DNA of 32,000 bases from Alkalilimnicola ehrlichii MLHE-1 (lineage in GTDB: Bacteria > Pseudomonadota > Gammaproteobacteria > Nitrococcales > Halorhodospiraceae), in assembly GCF_000014785.1 (NCBI RefSeq), contig NC_008340.1, positions 2,100,001-2,132,000 of the forward strand. Direction: 5' to 3'. The notes under the pieces were generated by a model that saw nothing but the letters and a program-made list of their open reading frames with translations, did not search any database and had not been told where the DNA came from. Made by a program: the position numbers and the translations under genes. Positions 1 through 13,687 of this stretch are shown piece after piece; the first letter of the stretch is position 1; the number at the start of each line of letters is the position of its first letter.

Positions 1-570
<570 letters not shown>

Positions 571-662
571 TTAGCAGAAGGGGGGCCAATTCACAACGGA
601 CACCGGCGCGCGCCCCTTCAGAGCGACCGCCGGCACCGGGGTACCGCCGGGGCGGTGGGTGG

Positions 663-806
663 GGCGGCTGAGGGTCTGGCCGGCGGGCGGGGGTGTCCGT
701 CACGGGGCGTCGGCGGCCAGGGATGGCCGCCGTCGAGCGTACAGGGATGTATTCACAGCGTCCCCGTGACGGACACCCCCGCCCGCCGGCCAGACCCTCA
801 GCCGCC
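663..806 (-). repeat. Palindromic intergenic element, copy 1: perfect 45-bp inverted arms (663-707 / 762-806) around a 54-nt core (708-761)
   Basis: The arms ggcggctgagggtctggccggcgggcgggggtgtccgtcacgggg and ccccgtgacggacacccccgcccgccggccagaccctcagccgcc are exact reverse complements. The reverse complement of the core matches 29347-29400 at 50/54 positions. The core holds two small hairpins: cggcggcca-ggga-tggccgccg and taca-ggga-tgta. Confidence 0.85.
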
Positions 807-2135
807 GTCAGGGCCATGCTCCTCGCAGATCAGGCGGTAGCCGGGCCTCGCCGTGAAGCGCTTGGCGGTACCCAGGTTGGCGATGGCGACCACCTCCTCG
901 CCGCGGCGCAGAATCGGAACGCGGTCGCGCTCCCAGGGAGGGATCCCGGCCTCCTGAAAGCGCTTCGACAACGGACGGTGCCCCGGGTCGTGGGCCAACT
1001 GGCACCGCTCCCCGCGACGACGACGCCCCACGCTCAGGCCCTCGGCCCCGATCAATGACGGCGCAATACCCTCATCCGCGCGCACCAGGCGCAACACCCC
1101 CACACCGGGGACCACCAGCGGCACCCGCAGGTCCCACTCGCGATCTGGCCCGGGCCAGGGTGGCGGCCCACCGGCCGGGAGCCGGTGAATCCGGTCGCGG
1201 TAACGGCGCAGCTCCCCCTCCGGCCAGGTAAGCACCGGCTGCCGGTCCCGGCCGGCCCGGATCAGGTCGGCCAGCCCCTGCTCCAGGCGAGCGCGGGGGG
1301 GCGGCCGCAGGCCGGACATCAGCAGCCAGTGACGGACCAAGTTGCGAGCCCGCGCCGGACTGAGTCGGGCAAGGACAGAGACCGCCAGCCCCGGCCCCGG
1401 TGGGTGGCGGGCCAGGTCCTCCCCGGCCAGCTCACGCAGCAGGGCCTCCGCCTCGGCCTGCTCGCCGGCGGCGCGGCCGACGCGGCGACTGGCGTCGGGC
1501 CAGCGCTGCGTCAGCACCGGCCAGAGGGTGTGGCGCAGCCAGTTACGGTCGTGGGCGACGTGCGCGTTGCTGGGGTCCTCGACCCAGCACAGGGCGTGGG
1601 TGTCGCCGTAGGCGCGCAGCCGCTCGCGCGGCCAGGGGAGCAGCGGGCGCAAAAGCCGACCGCGCCCCAGCGGCCGCTGCGCGCGCATTCCGGCCAGGCC
1701 GCGGGGGCCGCTGCCGCGCAGCAGGTGCAGCAGGACGGTCTCCGCCTGGTCGTCGGCGTGATGGGCGGTGAGCAGGGCCTCGCCCGATTGCAGGTGCGAC
1801 GCCAGGGCAGCGTAGCGCGCCTGGCGGGCAGCGGCCTCCAGCCCCTCCCCGCTGTCGCGCCGGACCTCAACCGGCAGGACCAGGCAGTCCACCCCCAGGG
1901 CAGCGGCCTGCTGCCGGCAGTGCTCGGCCCAGGCATCGGCCTGCGGCTGCAACCCGTGGTGGATGTGCACCGCGCGCAACGGCAGCTCGCGGGCCGCGCT
2001 GAGCGCGGCCATCAGATGCAGCAGGACCGTGGAGTCCAGCCCCCCCGAATAGGCCACGCAATAGCCCGACGCAGGGCCAAGCACCGCAAGGTGCCGGGCC
2101 AGGGTCTCGGGGCTCAGTTCGGGGGTCGGGGCCAT
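798..2135 (-). CDS. tilS: tRNA(Ile)-lysidine synthetase
   Basis: 445-aa ORF with an ATG start at 2133-2135. It has the PP-loop motif VAYSGGLDSTVLLH near the N-terminus and sits at the canonical position between accA and pyrG. The last codons and the TGA stop lie inside repeat copy 1. Confidence 0.93.
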   Translation of the reverse strand: MAPTPELSPETLARHLAVLGPASGYCVAYSGGLDSTVLLHLMAALSAARELPLRAVHIHHGLQPQADAWAEHCRQQAAALGVDCLVLPVEVRRDSGEGLEAAARQARYAALASHLQSGEALLTAHHADDQAETVLLHLLRGSGPRGLAGMRAQRPLGRGRLLRPLLPWPRERLRAYGDTHALCWVEDPSNAHVAHDRNWLRHTLWPVLTQRWPDASRRVGRAAGEQAEAEALLRELAGEDLARHPPGPGLAVSVLARLSPARARNLVRHWLLMSGLRPPPRARLEQGLADLIRAGRDRQPVLTWPEGELRRYRDRIHRLPAGGPPPWPGPDREWDLRVPLVVPGVGVLRLVRADEGIAPSLIGAEGLSVGRRRRGERCQLAHDPGHRPLSKRFQEAGIPPWERDRVPILRRGEEVVAIANLGTAKRFTARPGYRLICEEHGPDGG

Positions 2136-2162
2136 GGCGGGTCGGGGCCGTGCCCCGGGGGG

Positions 2163-3119
2163 TTACTCGCGGAACTGACCGAAGGCCATCATTCGCTGGT
2201 AGCGATCAGCCAGCAGGGTCTCGGTGGACTGCCCCTCCAGCGCCTGCAACTGCTCGCGCAGCTCCGCGCGCAGGCTCTCCATCATGGCCTCGGGGTTACG
2301 GTGGGCGCCGCCCAGGGGCTCTTCCACCACCCGGTCGTTGAGGCCGAGTTCGTGCAGCCGGTGCGCGGTGATACCCATCGCCTCCGCAGCGTCGGAGGCC
2401 CGCTCGGCGCTCTTCCAGAGGATGGAGGCGCAGCCCTCCGGTGAAATCACCGAGTAGACGCTGTAGCCCAGCATCAGCAGCCGGTCCCCGACGCCGATGG
2501 CCAGCGCGCCACCGGACCCCCCCTCGCCGGTCACCGTGCAGATGATGGGCGTGCGCAGTCGGGCCATCGCCGCCAGGTTGCGGGCGATGGCCTCACTCTG
2601 TCCACGCTCCTCGGCGCCGACACCGGGGTAGGCGCCGGGGGTGTCGATGAAGGTGAAGATGGGGAGCTGGAAGCGTTCGGCCATGCGCATCAGGCGCAAC
2701 GCCTTGCGGTAGCCCTCGGGCCGGGGCATGCCGAAATTACGCCGCACCTTCTCGCGCGTGTCGCGGCCCTTCTGGTGACCGATCACCATCACCGGGCGGC
2801 CATCGAAACGGGCGACCCCGCCGACGATGGCCGGATCATCGGCGTAGGTACGATCCCCGTGCAGCTCCTCGAACTCTTCGAACAGGCCGTCGATGTAATC
2901 CAGTGCGTAGGGGCGGTTGGGGTGCCGCGCCAGCTGGGCGATCTGCCAGGCGGTCAGGTTGGCAAAGATCTTCTCGGTGAGGACGTGGCTCTTCTCCTGC
3001 AGCCGCTGGATCTCCTCGCTGATATTCACCTCGGCGTCGTGGCCGACGTGACGCAGCTCTTCGATCTTCGCCTCCAGCTCGGCGATCGGTTGCTCAAAAT
3101 CCAGGAAGTTCAGGTTCAT
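2163..3119 (-). CDS. accA: Acetyl-CoA carboxylase carboxyltransferase alpha subunit
   Basis: 318 aa. The sequence [23 protein letters not shown]...RPYALDYI...[11 protein letters not shown] is typical of AccA throughout. Confidence 0.97.
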
Positions 3120-3211
3120 CGGGTCCAGGCAATCCGGCGTTTGGGGGCATAACCGTAACCCCGGGCCGGAACCTGCGCAAGCGCTGATCCAGCCACCGGG
3201 CCGTTACCGGC

Positions 3212-3793
3212 TCACTCGCCCTGCTTCTGTTGCGCTTTGATCTGCAGCGACTGCTTATGCAGCGTGTATTGCAGCACCTTCTGCTGATCCTCCTCGCGGA
3301 TGTGCTGAAAGGCGACGGCCACCCACCACTGGCCGGGCGCGTCCTCCTGGCTGCGGACCACCCGCCCGCCCGCAAACACCGTGCGCCGCATCTCCAGCAG
3401 GCCCAGCCGGATCACCATGCATTCGCCCACCAACACCGGCTGCACGGTGCGAAAGGCGACGCCCCCGGCGCTGAGATTGACCTGCTGAAGATCGGCGCGG
3501 GTGTTGCGCCGATCCCAGTGCAGCATCCGGTCCGCGAGCATTTCCAGACGCTGCTCGACCAGCTCGAACAGTGCCCGGATCTCCGGCTCCTGGACCCGCC
3601 TCAGCTTCTCGGCGCGCCGACTGAGCGCGGCGAAGGTCTCCTCGGCCGCCACGCCCAGGTCCTCCTCCCGGCGCAGCTGTTCCATCACCGCCCCGATCCG
3701 GTTCGGGGCCACCGCCACCCAGCTCAATGCCAGGGTGTCGTCGATACGAAAGAATTGGCGGCGCTCCTGATTGTCGTGGCTGGCATCGTTCAT
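3212..3793 (-). CDS. PilZ-domain protein (putative c-di-GMP receptor) with a long helical insertion between the two binding motifs
   Basis: It carries RRQFFR (RRxxxR) and NLSAGG (D/NxSxxG) motifs. The longest ORF starts at 3826. I prefer the ATG at 3791-3793 (MNDASHD...) because GGGGGGAG lies just upstream. The gene sits 80 nt downstream of tonB on the same strand. Confidence 0.8.
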   Translation of the reverse strand: MNDASHDNQERRQFFRIDDTLALSWVAVAPNRIGAVMEQLRREEDLGVAAEETFAALSRRAEKLRRVQEPEIRALFELVEQRLEMLADRMLHWDRRNTRADLQQVNLSAGGVAFRTVQPVLVGECMVIRLGLLEMRRTVFAGGRVVRSQEDAPGQWWVAVAFQHIREEDQQKVLQYTLHKQSLQIKAQQKQGE

Positions 3794-3873
3794 GCGCTCC
3801 CCCCTCTGGGGGTAACCCTGATACAAGCGGGTTTACTTGGCAAGGGACCGTGGACGCAACGCACCCGATGGCG

Positions 3874-4676
<803 letters not shown>

Positions 4677-4680
<4 letters not shown>

Positions 4681-5081
4681 GGCGACTCCCTCCGCGCCAG
4701 CAGGACGACCCGGTCCGCACCGGCGTCCCGGAGCGCATCCAGCACCGCCATCAACCGTCCCGCAGCCACGTCCCCGTCCGCCTTGATCTGGACGGCCTTC
4801 TCGGCCAGGTCCTCCGGCCAGTCCTGCAACGCAGCGGGCAGCGCGGCCAAGTCCAGCTCCCGGCTGTTCAGGGCCAATTGCCCCTCCCCACCCAAGAGCA
4901 CGACCAATTCGTCCGGTGCGGTCTCCTCCGGGCTGGTGCTGAACGGCAGCGCCACCTCGAATGGCATGGGGCGGGTGAACATGCCGGCCATCATGAAGAA
5001 GATCAACAGCAGAAAGACGATGTTGATCAGGGGGATGACGTTCTCTTCCGGCAGGCGGCTCTCTTTCTGCGGCAACTGCAT
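4677..5081 (-). CDS. exbD: Biopolymer transport protein ExbD/TolR (second copy in the operon)
   Basis: 134 aa. The ExbD signature [18 protein letters not shown] is followed by a periplasmic domain. Confidence 0.9.
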
Positions 5082-5085
5082 GGGG

Positions 5086-5478
5086 TCACTCCCGGGCCAG
5101 GCTCAGGTTGTGGCCACCGGCCGCGCGGATGCCGTCCATGGCCGCCACCACGGCGCGCAGGGGCGCATCATCGTGGGTCTGAAGGCGGACGGGCCGGTCC
5201 GGATCCGCCGTGAGGCCGTCACGGACCCGTTGCTTCAGGACGGACAGATCCACCGCCTGGCCCTCCATACGGAAGCGGCCGTCGGCATCGACACTGACCC
5301 GCAGGGCCGTGAGTTCGGCCACCGCGTCGCCGCCCTCACCCGCTGCGCTCACCGGCACCGCCCGCCACTGCGCGAAGGTGGTGGCGAGCATGAAGAAGAT
5401 CAGCAGGATGAAGACGACATCGATCAGCGGGGTCAGGCTGACCAGTCGCCGCCGCTTGCGCCGCTGCTCAAGTTGCAT
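5086..5478 (-). CDS. exbD: Biopolymer transport protein ExbD/TolR (first copy in the operon)
   Basis: 130 aa with the signature LTPLIDVVFILLIFFML. Its start overlaps the exbB end by 11 nt. Confidence 0.9.
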   Translation of the reverse strand: MQLEQRRKRRRLVSLTPLIDVVFILLIFFMLATTFAQWRAVPVSAAGEGGDAVAELTALRVSVDADGRFRMEGQAVDLSVLKQRVRDGLTADPDRPVRLQTHDDAPLRAVVAAMDGIRAAGGHNLSLARE

Positions 5479-6187
5479 GGGCCACGGCGCGTGCGGGGGG
5501 CGCTGCCGGGGCGGTGTCCATTACCCCCTCGGGCGGCTGTTCGTGCCAGACCCGCAGGGTGAAGACGCGGGTCACGGCGTCCTCCAGACGATGGCGGAAC
5601 TGGTCGATGTAACGCTCCAGCAGGCTCGCCAGCGCGATGGCGGGGATGGCCAGGGCGAGCCCGGCCGCGGTGGTCAGCAACGCGACCCAGATCCCCCCGG
5701 AGAGCAGCGCGGGATCCACGTTGCTGCCGGCCCCTTCGAGCTGCTGGAATGCCTGAATCATACCGATCACCGTGCCCAACAGCCCCAGCATCGGCGCCAG
5801 GGCCCCGATGACCTCCAGGCCGCGGATCATGCTGCGCAGCCGCTCCATACTGGCGCTGGCAATACGGGTCACCTCCTCGCGCACCAGTTCGGTGGGCACC
5901 TGACGGTCCAGACATCCGCGCATGGCCACGGCCAGCACCGGGCCGGCCGGGTTGCGGGTATTGCTCACGGTGTCCAGGGCGGCCTGGTCCCTGCCTTCGC
6001 GCCAGTGCTGCAGGGCCTCCTCGACAAAGCCCATGCGGGTGAGGCGCACGGCACGGAACTGCCAGACCTTGAGCAGCACAATGGCCAGGGTCAGCACCGA
6101 GAGCGCGGCGATGATCTTGAGCACTGGGCCGCCGGCGTCCAGGAAGGCGGCCAGCGCGGCGAGGGTTCCATTGGCGGTTTCAGTCAT
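5468..6187 (-). CDS. exbB: MotA/TolQ/ExbB proton-channel protein
   Basis: 239 aa with three TM segments and the conserved C-terminal region LAPMLGLLGTVIGMIQAF...GGIWVALLTTAAGLALAIPA. Confidence 0.9.
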   Translation of the reverse strand: MTETANGTLAALAAFLDAGGPVLKIIAALSVLTLAIVLLKVWQFRAVRLTRMGFVEEALQHWREGRDQAALDTVSNTRNPAGPVLAVAMRGCLDRQVPTELVREEVTRIASASMERLRSMIRGLEVIGALAPMLGLLGTVIGMIQAFQQLEGAGSNVDPALLSGGIWVALLTTAAGLALAIPAIALASLLERYIDQFRHRLEDAVTRVFTLRVWHEQPPEGVMDTAPAAPPARAVAHAT

Positions 6188-6220
6188 AGCGGCTATCCGA
6201 TCGTTTCACGATTGTCCGCC

Positions 6221-6249
6221 AAAATATTGCGGATGCGAATCATTTTCAA
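6221..6249 (-). promoter_or_regulatory. Candidate sigma70 promoter for exbB: TTGAAA-N17-TATTTT
   Basis: The minus strand reads ttgaaa atgattcgcatccgcaa tatttt. The -10 hexamer lies about 35 nt upstream of the exbB ATG, in the only AT-enriched stretch of the dnaE-exbB spacer. Confidence 0.4.
6229..6247 (-). promoter_or_regulatory. Fur-box-like sequence overlapping the exbB promoter spacer
   Basis: The minus strand GAAAATGATTCGCATCCGC matches the GATAATGATAATCATTATC consensus at 12/19, and at 8/9 in the 5' half. The position fits iron repression of a TonB system. The match is modest. Confidence 0.3.
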
Positions 6250-6287
6250 CAGGAAATCTTCCCGAATCACCCAATCCTTGCTCCGGA

Positions 6288-9836
<3,549 letters not shown>

Positions 9837-10026
9837 TGTCTTCCTGTTCTATCCGGAGGAGCCGGGGGGCAGGCGGTATCTCGAAGCAGGGCTCACCGTC
9901 CCTGGTCGGCCCCACCGAAAAACCTTGCAAGCTACAGACCAACCCCATTCGGCACTATCATCAGGCCCTTGGCGGGGCGAGGCAGGCCCGCTGCGCGGCA
10001 GATGCCGCAACCCTGTGGCAAACCAC

Positions 10027-10635
10027 TCAGCCCAGCAGGCATCGGCGCACCGGCGCGAAACTACGCCGGTGCGCCGGGCAGGCCCCCAGGGTCCGCAGGG
10101 CCTGCAGGTGCTCGGTGGTCGGGTAGCCCATGTGGCGCTCGAACCCGTAGCCGGGGTACTGCTCGGCCAGGGCCCGCATCTCGGCGTCGCGCGCCTGCTT
10201 GGCCAGGATGGACGCCGCGGCAATGGCCGGCACCCGGTCATCCCCCTTGACGATGGCCTGGGCAGGACAGGGTAACGCCGGCGCCCGGTTACCATCCACC
10301 AGCGCCTGCACCGGCGCGGGATCCAGCCCGGCCACCGCCCGCTGCATGGCCAGCATGCTGGCCTGCAGGATGTTCAGCCGGTCGATCTCCGCCACCTCGG
10401 CACGGCCCAAGGAAACGGCCAGGGCCTGGGCGCGGATCCGCCGGTCCAGCTCTGACCGTCGGGCCGCGCTAAGGCGCTTGGAATCCCGCAGACCGGCGAT
10501 CGGCCGGTCCGGGTCCAGGATCACCGCTGCCGCCACCACCGCGCCGGCCAGAGGACCGCGTCCCACCTCGTCCACTCCGGCCAGGAGTACGCTAGCCCTG
10601 CCATCCAGCGGCAGGGTGTCCATCGGCGCGGTCAC
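10027..10635 (-). CDS. rnhB: Ribonuclease HII
   Basis: 202 aa with [24 protein letters not shown]. The GTG start at 10633-10635 overlaps the lpxB stop (GTGA). An alternative ATG lies at 10621-10623. Confidence 0.94.
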
Positions 10636-11780
10636 GACCCGTTCCCCCCGGCCGCGGCGAGCACGGCGGCGGCCGCCTGCCCATCCGCACCCCGCCGCAG
10701 GGTGCCGTGCAACTCCGCGAATCGCGCCCGCAAATAGGCCGATCGCGGCTCGTCGTTGAGCAGGCGGTAGAGGGCGTAGGCCAGGTTGTCGGGGGTGGCC
10801 GCGTCCTGCAGGTACTCCTCCACCAGGCCCTCCCCGGCCAGCAGATTAGGCTGCGAGACATGGCTGACCCTCACCAAGCGTTTCATCAGCCAGAAGGTCA
10901 GCGGCGCCAACCGGTAGGCCACCACCATGGGCCGTTTGAGCAGCATGGCCTCCAGTGTGGCGGTGCCCGACGCCGTGAGCACGACGTCGGCCGCCGCCAT
11001 GACCTCGTCCGCCCGACCCTCGAACAGTTGCACCGCGTCGGACACGCCCTGCTGAACCAGCGCCTCGTAGAACACCGCACGCAAACCGGGCCAGGCCAGC
11101 GGCGCGATGAAGCGAACATCCGGCTGGCGCTCCCGCAGCCGGGCCACGGTGCGGGCGTAGAGCTCGGCATGGCGCTGAACCTCGCCCAGACGGCTGCCGG
11201 GCAACAGCGCCACCCACGGTCCTCCGCCGTCGTCGACGAGGCCCAGCGCGGCCCGCGCTGCACCGGCGTCGGGCTGCAAGGGAAAGCGATCCGCGGCGGG
11301 GTGGCCCACGAAGTCCACCGGCACGCCGTGCCGGCGATAAAACTCGGCCTCGAAGGGGTACAGGGCCAGGATCCGATCCACCGAACGCCCGATGGTCCGC
11401 ACCCGGCCCTGCCGCCAGGCCCAGACCTGGGGGCTGACATAGTGCACGGTGGGCACGCCCACGGCCTTGAGCCGGCGCTCGATGCTGAGATTGAAATCGG
11501 GCAGGTCGATGCCCACAAAGACATCCGGCGGGTCCGTCCGGTAGCGCGCCACCAGGTCGCGACGGATCCGTAGCAGGCGCGGCAGATGGCGCAGCACCTC
11601 CACCAGGCCCATCACCGACAGGGCCTCCATCGGGTAGTGACTGCGCAGCCCCTCGGCCTGCATCAGGGGACCGCCCACGCCATCGAATTCGGCCTCCGGA
11701 CACCGCGCCCTGATGGCGCGGATCAATCCGGCACCCAAACGATCACCGGAGTGCTCGCCGGCCACCAACGCCACCCGCAT
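10632..11780 (-). CDS. lpxB: Lipid-A-disaccharide synthase
   Basis: 382 aa. The N-terminus [23 protein letters not shown] matches the LpxB pattern, and the gene sits between lpxA and rnhB. Confidence 0.95.
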
Positions 11781-11794
11781 GCGCCCCCCTGGGG

Positions 11795-12571
11795 TTACCG
11801 CAGAATACCGCGATTGCTGGCGGCGATGAAGGCCGCCAGATGCTCGAGATCGGGGTTCTCTTTGCCCAGCAGCCGCAGTTCCTCCAGCGCGTCATCCAGG
11901 CGCTTGCCGGATTTGAAGATCAGCCGGTAGGCGCGCTTGAGCTCACGGATACGCTCCGGGCCCATGCCATGGCGCCGCAGCCCCACCACGTTGATGCCAT
12001 GGGGTTGGGCCATGTGGCCGGACACGGTAGTGAAGGGCAGTACATCGCGGTTGATGACACTGCCGAAGCCGCAGAAGGCATAGGCACCGATGCGGCAAAA
12101 CTGATGCACCAGGGCGAAACCACCCAGGATGGCGTGGTCTTCCACATCCACGTGGCCGGCCAGAGAGGCGGAATTGGCAAAGGTGATGTCGTTGCCCAAA
12201 CGACAGTCATGGGCCACGTGGCTGTAGGCCATGATCCAGTTACGGTCACCCAGACGGGTCAGGCCGCCGGCCTCCGGCGTGCCCCGGTTGAGGGTGACGT
12301 ACTCGCGGATCACGTTGTCGTCACCGATCTCCAGCCGGGTGGGCTCGCCGGCGTATTTCTTGTCCTGCGGGTCATCGCCGATGGAGGCGAAGGGGTGAAT
12401 GCGGTTGTTCCGGCCCAGTCGGGTGGGCCCGTTGATCACCACGTGGGGGCCAACCCGTGTTCCGGCGCCCACCTGGACATCCGGCCCGATCACCGTGAAG
12501 GGTCCGACCGTCACCCCCTCGTCCAGTTCTGCCGAGGGGTCCACCACTGCCTTTGGATCGATCCGGGTCAC
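11795..12571 (-). CDS. lpxA: Acyl-ACP--UDP-N-acetylglucosamine O-acyltransferase
   Basis: 258 aa with left-handed beta-helix hexapeptide repeats and DLKYAGEPT-like DKKYAGEPTRLEIGD. The GTG start overlaps the fabZ stop (GTGA). Confidence 0.96.
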   Translation of the reverse strand: MTRIDPKAVVDPSAELDEGVTVGPFTVIGPDVQVGAGTRVGPHVVINGPTRLGRNNRIHPFASIGDDPQDKKYAGEPTRLEIGDDNVIREYVTLNRGTPEAGGLTRLGDRNWIMAYSHVAHDCRLGNDITFANSASLAGHVDVEDHAILGGFALVHQFCRIGAYAFCGFGSVINRDVLPFTTVSGHMAQPHGINVVGLRRHGMGPERIRELKRAYRLIFKSGKRLDDALEELRLLGKENPDLEHLAAFIAASNRGILR

Positions 12572-13035
12572 GCCTCTTTCACCGTGCAGCGAATCTCGGC
12601 CTCGGCCGCCAGGGCATCACCCACCCAGGCCTGGGCCTGGAACATCCACAGCCCCCGCATCACCCGCTTGAGGCTGGCCTCCAGGCGGAGTTGATCGCCG
12701 GGCTCCACCGGGCGTTTAAACCGCGCCTTGTCGATCGCCACCAGATAGATAATGTGGTTACCCCCGAGTTCCTCCTGTTCGCTCTTGAAGGCAAGCATGC
12801 CACAGGCCTGGGCCATCGACTCCAGGATAAGCACCCCGGGCATCACCGGTTTCTGGGGAAAGTGGCCGGCGAAATAGGGCTCGTTGATGGTGACATTCTT
12901 GATCCCCACCAGCCGTTCCCGCTTGCTGAACGCCACCACCCGGTCGATCAGCAGCATAGGATAGCGGTGTGGCAGGTTCCGCATGATGTCATTGATATCC
13001 GGCAGGGCGATAGAGGTTTCCGTCGATGCGTTCAA
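12568..13035 (-). CDS. fabZ: 3-hydroxyacyl-ACP dehydratase
   Basis: 155 aa with [13 protein letters not shown]...[23 protein letters not shown]. The start codon is TTG (13033-13035), preceded by AAGGAAG. Confidence 0.96.
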   Translation of the reverse strand: MNASTETSIALPDINDIMRNLPHRYPMLLIDRVVAFSKRERLVGIKNVTINEPYFAGHFPQKPVMPGVLILESMAQACGMLAFKSEQEELGGNHIIYLVAIDKARFKRPVEPGDQLRLEASLKRVMRGLWMFQAQAWVGDALAAEAEIRCTVKEA

Positions 13036-13132
13036 TGCTTAATCTTCCTTTCCGTCGTGTTCCTTGCGCGCGGCGGACCGCGGTGCGCCACGTGGCGACC
13101 GACCGGTGGGAACGGACTCCGGCGCGGGCGGA

Positions 13133-13663
13133 CTATTGCGCGGTGCGGTGCTGTTGTTCCAGGCGCTCGATGACCTTATCGGTGATATCCACCTGCTCGC
13201 TGGCGAACACCACACCCTCGCTAAGCACCAGGTCGTAATCGTTGTCCCGGGCCACTTCGTGGATGGTCTCCAGGATGCGCCTCTGAAGCCGGCTCAGCTC
13301 CTCGTTGCGCCGCATGTTGAAGTCTTCGCGGAACTCCTCCTGACTGCGCCGGATCTCCCGCTGGCGGGAGGCCAGCTCCCGCTCCATGCGGCGCAGTTCC
13401 GCCTCGCTCATCGCCGCCGCTTCGCGGGTGAGGCGCCGTTCCAACTCGGCCACTTCCTGCTGAAGCTCCGCCAGTTGCTGATCGCGGCCGGAGAACTCGT
13501 CTTCGAGCAGGGCCCGGGCGGCATCGGCCTGAGGCGCCTCGGCGGTCACCCGTGCCGGGTTGACGAAACCGATGCGCAGCTCTGCGGCCACCGGCCAGGA
13601 CAGCAGGCACAACAAAAGCCCCAGGAGCACGGGGCGCGCTAAACCGGTGTGTGTCGCTGCCAT
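13133..13663 (-). CDS. skp: Periplasmic chaperone Skp/OmpH
   Basis: It has a signal peptide (LLGLLLCLLSWPVAAE) followed by an E/R/Q-rich coiled-coil body, and sits directly downstream of bamA. The ATG at 13661-13663 is preferred; a GTG lies one codon upstream at 13666. Confidence 0.85.
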   Translation of the reverse strand: MAATHTGLARPVLLGLLLCLLSWPVAAELRIGFVNPARVTAEAPQADAARALLEDEFSGRDQQLAELQQEVAELERRLTREAAAMSEAELRRMERELASRQREIRRSQEEFREDFNMRRNEELSRLQRRILETIHEVARDNDYDLVLSEGVVFASEQVDITDKVIERLEQQHRTAQ

Positions 13664-13687
13664 CACGCCATTGCCCGCCGATATCCG

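Noticed and set aside
663-806. Interpretation of the palindromic elements as MITEs/IS remnants, integron attC sites or RAYT-type REPs
   Set aside because: No transposase is nearby and I could see no target-site duplication at either copy. The terminal arms are the least conserved part between copies. There is no attC R'/R'' (GTTRRRY) core and no 5' GTAG-type REP head. I kept the elements as an unclassified repeat family instead.
9837-10026. 190-nt rnhB-dnaE spacer examined for a small ORF, an ncRNA or a copy of the repeat
   Set aside because: There is no copy of the 54-nt core, no convincing hairpin or promoter hexamers, and only out-of-frame overlapping ORFs (9616-9948 and 9849-10295). Nothing here can be supported by eye.
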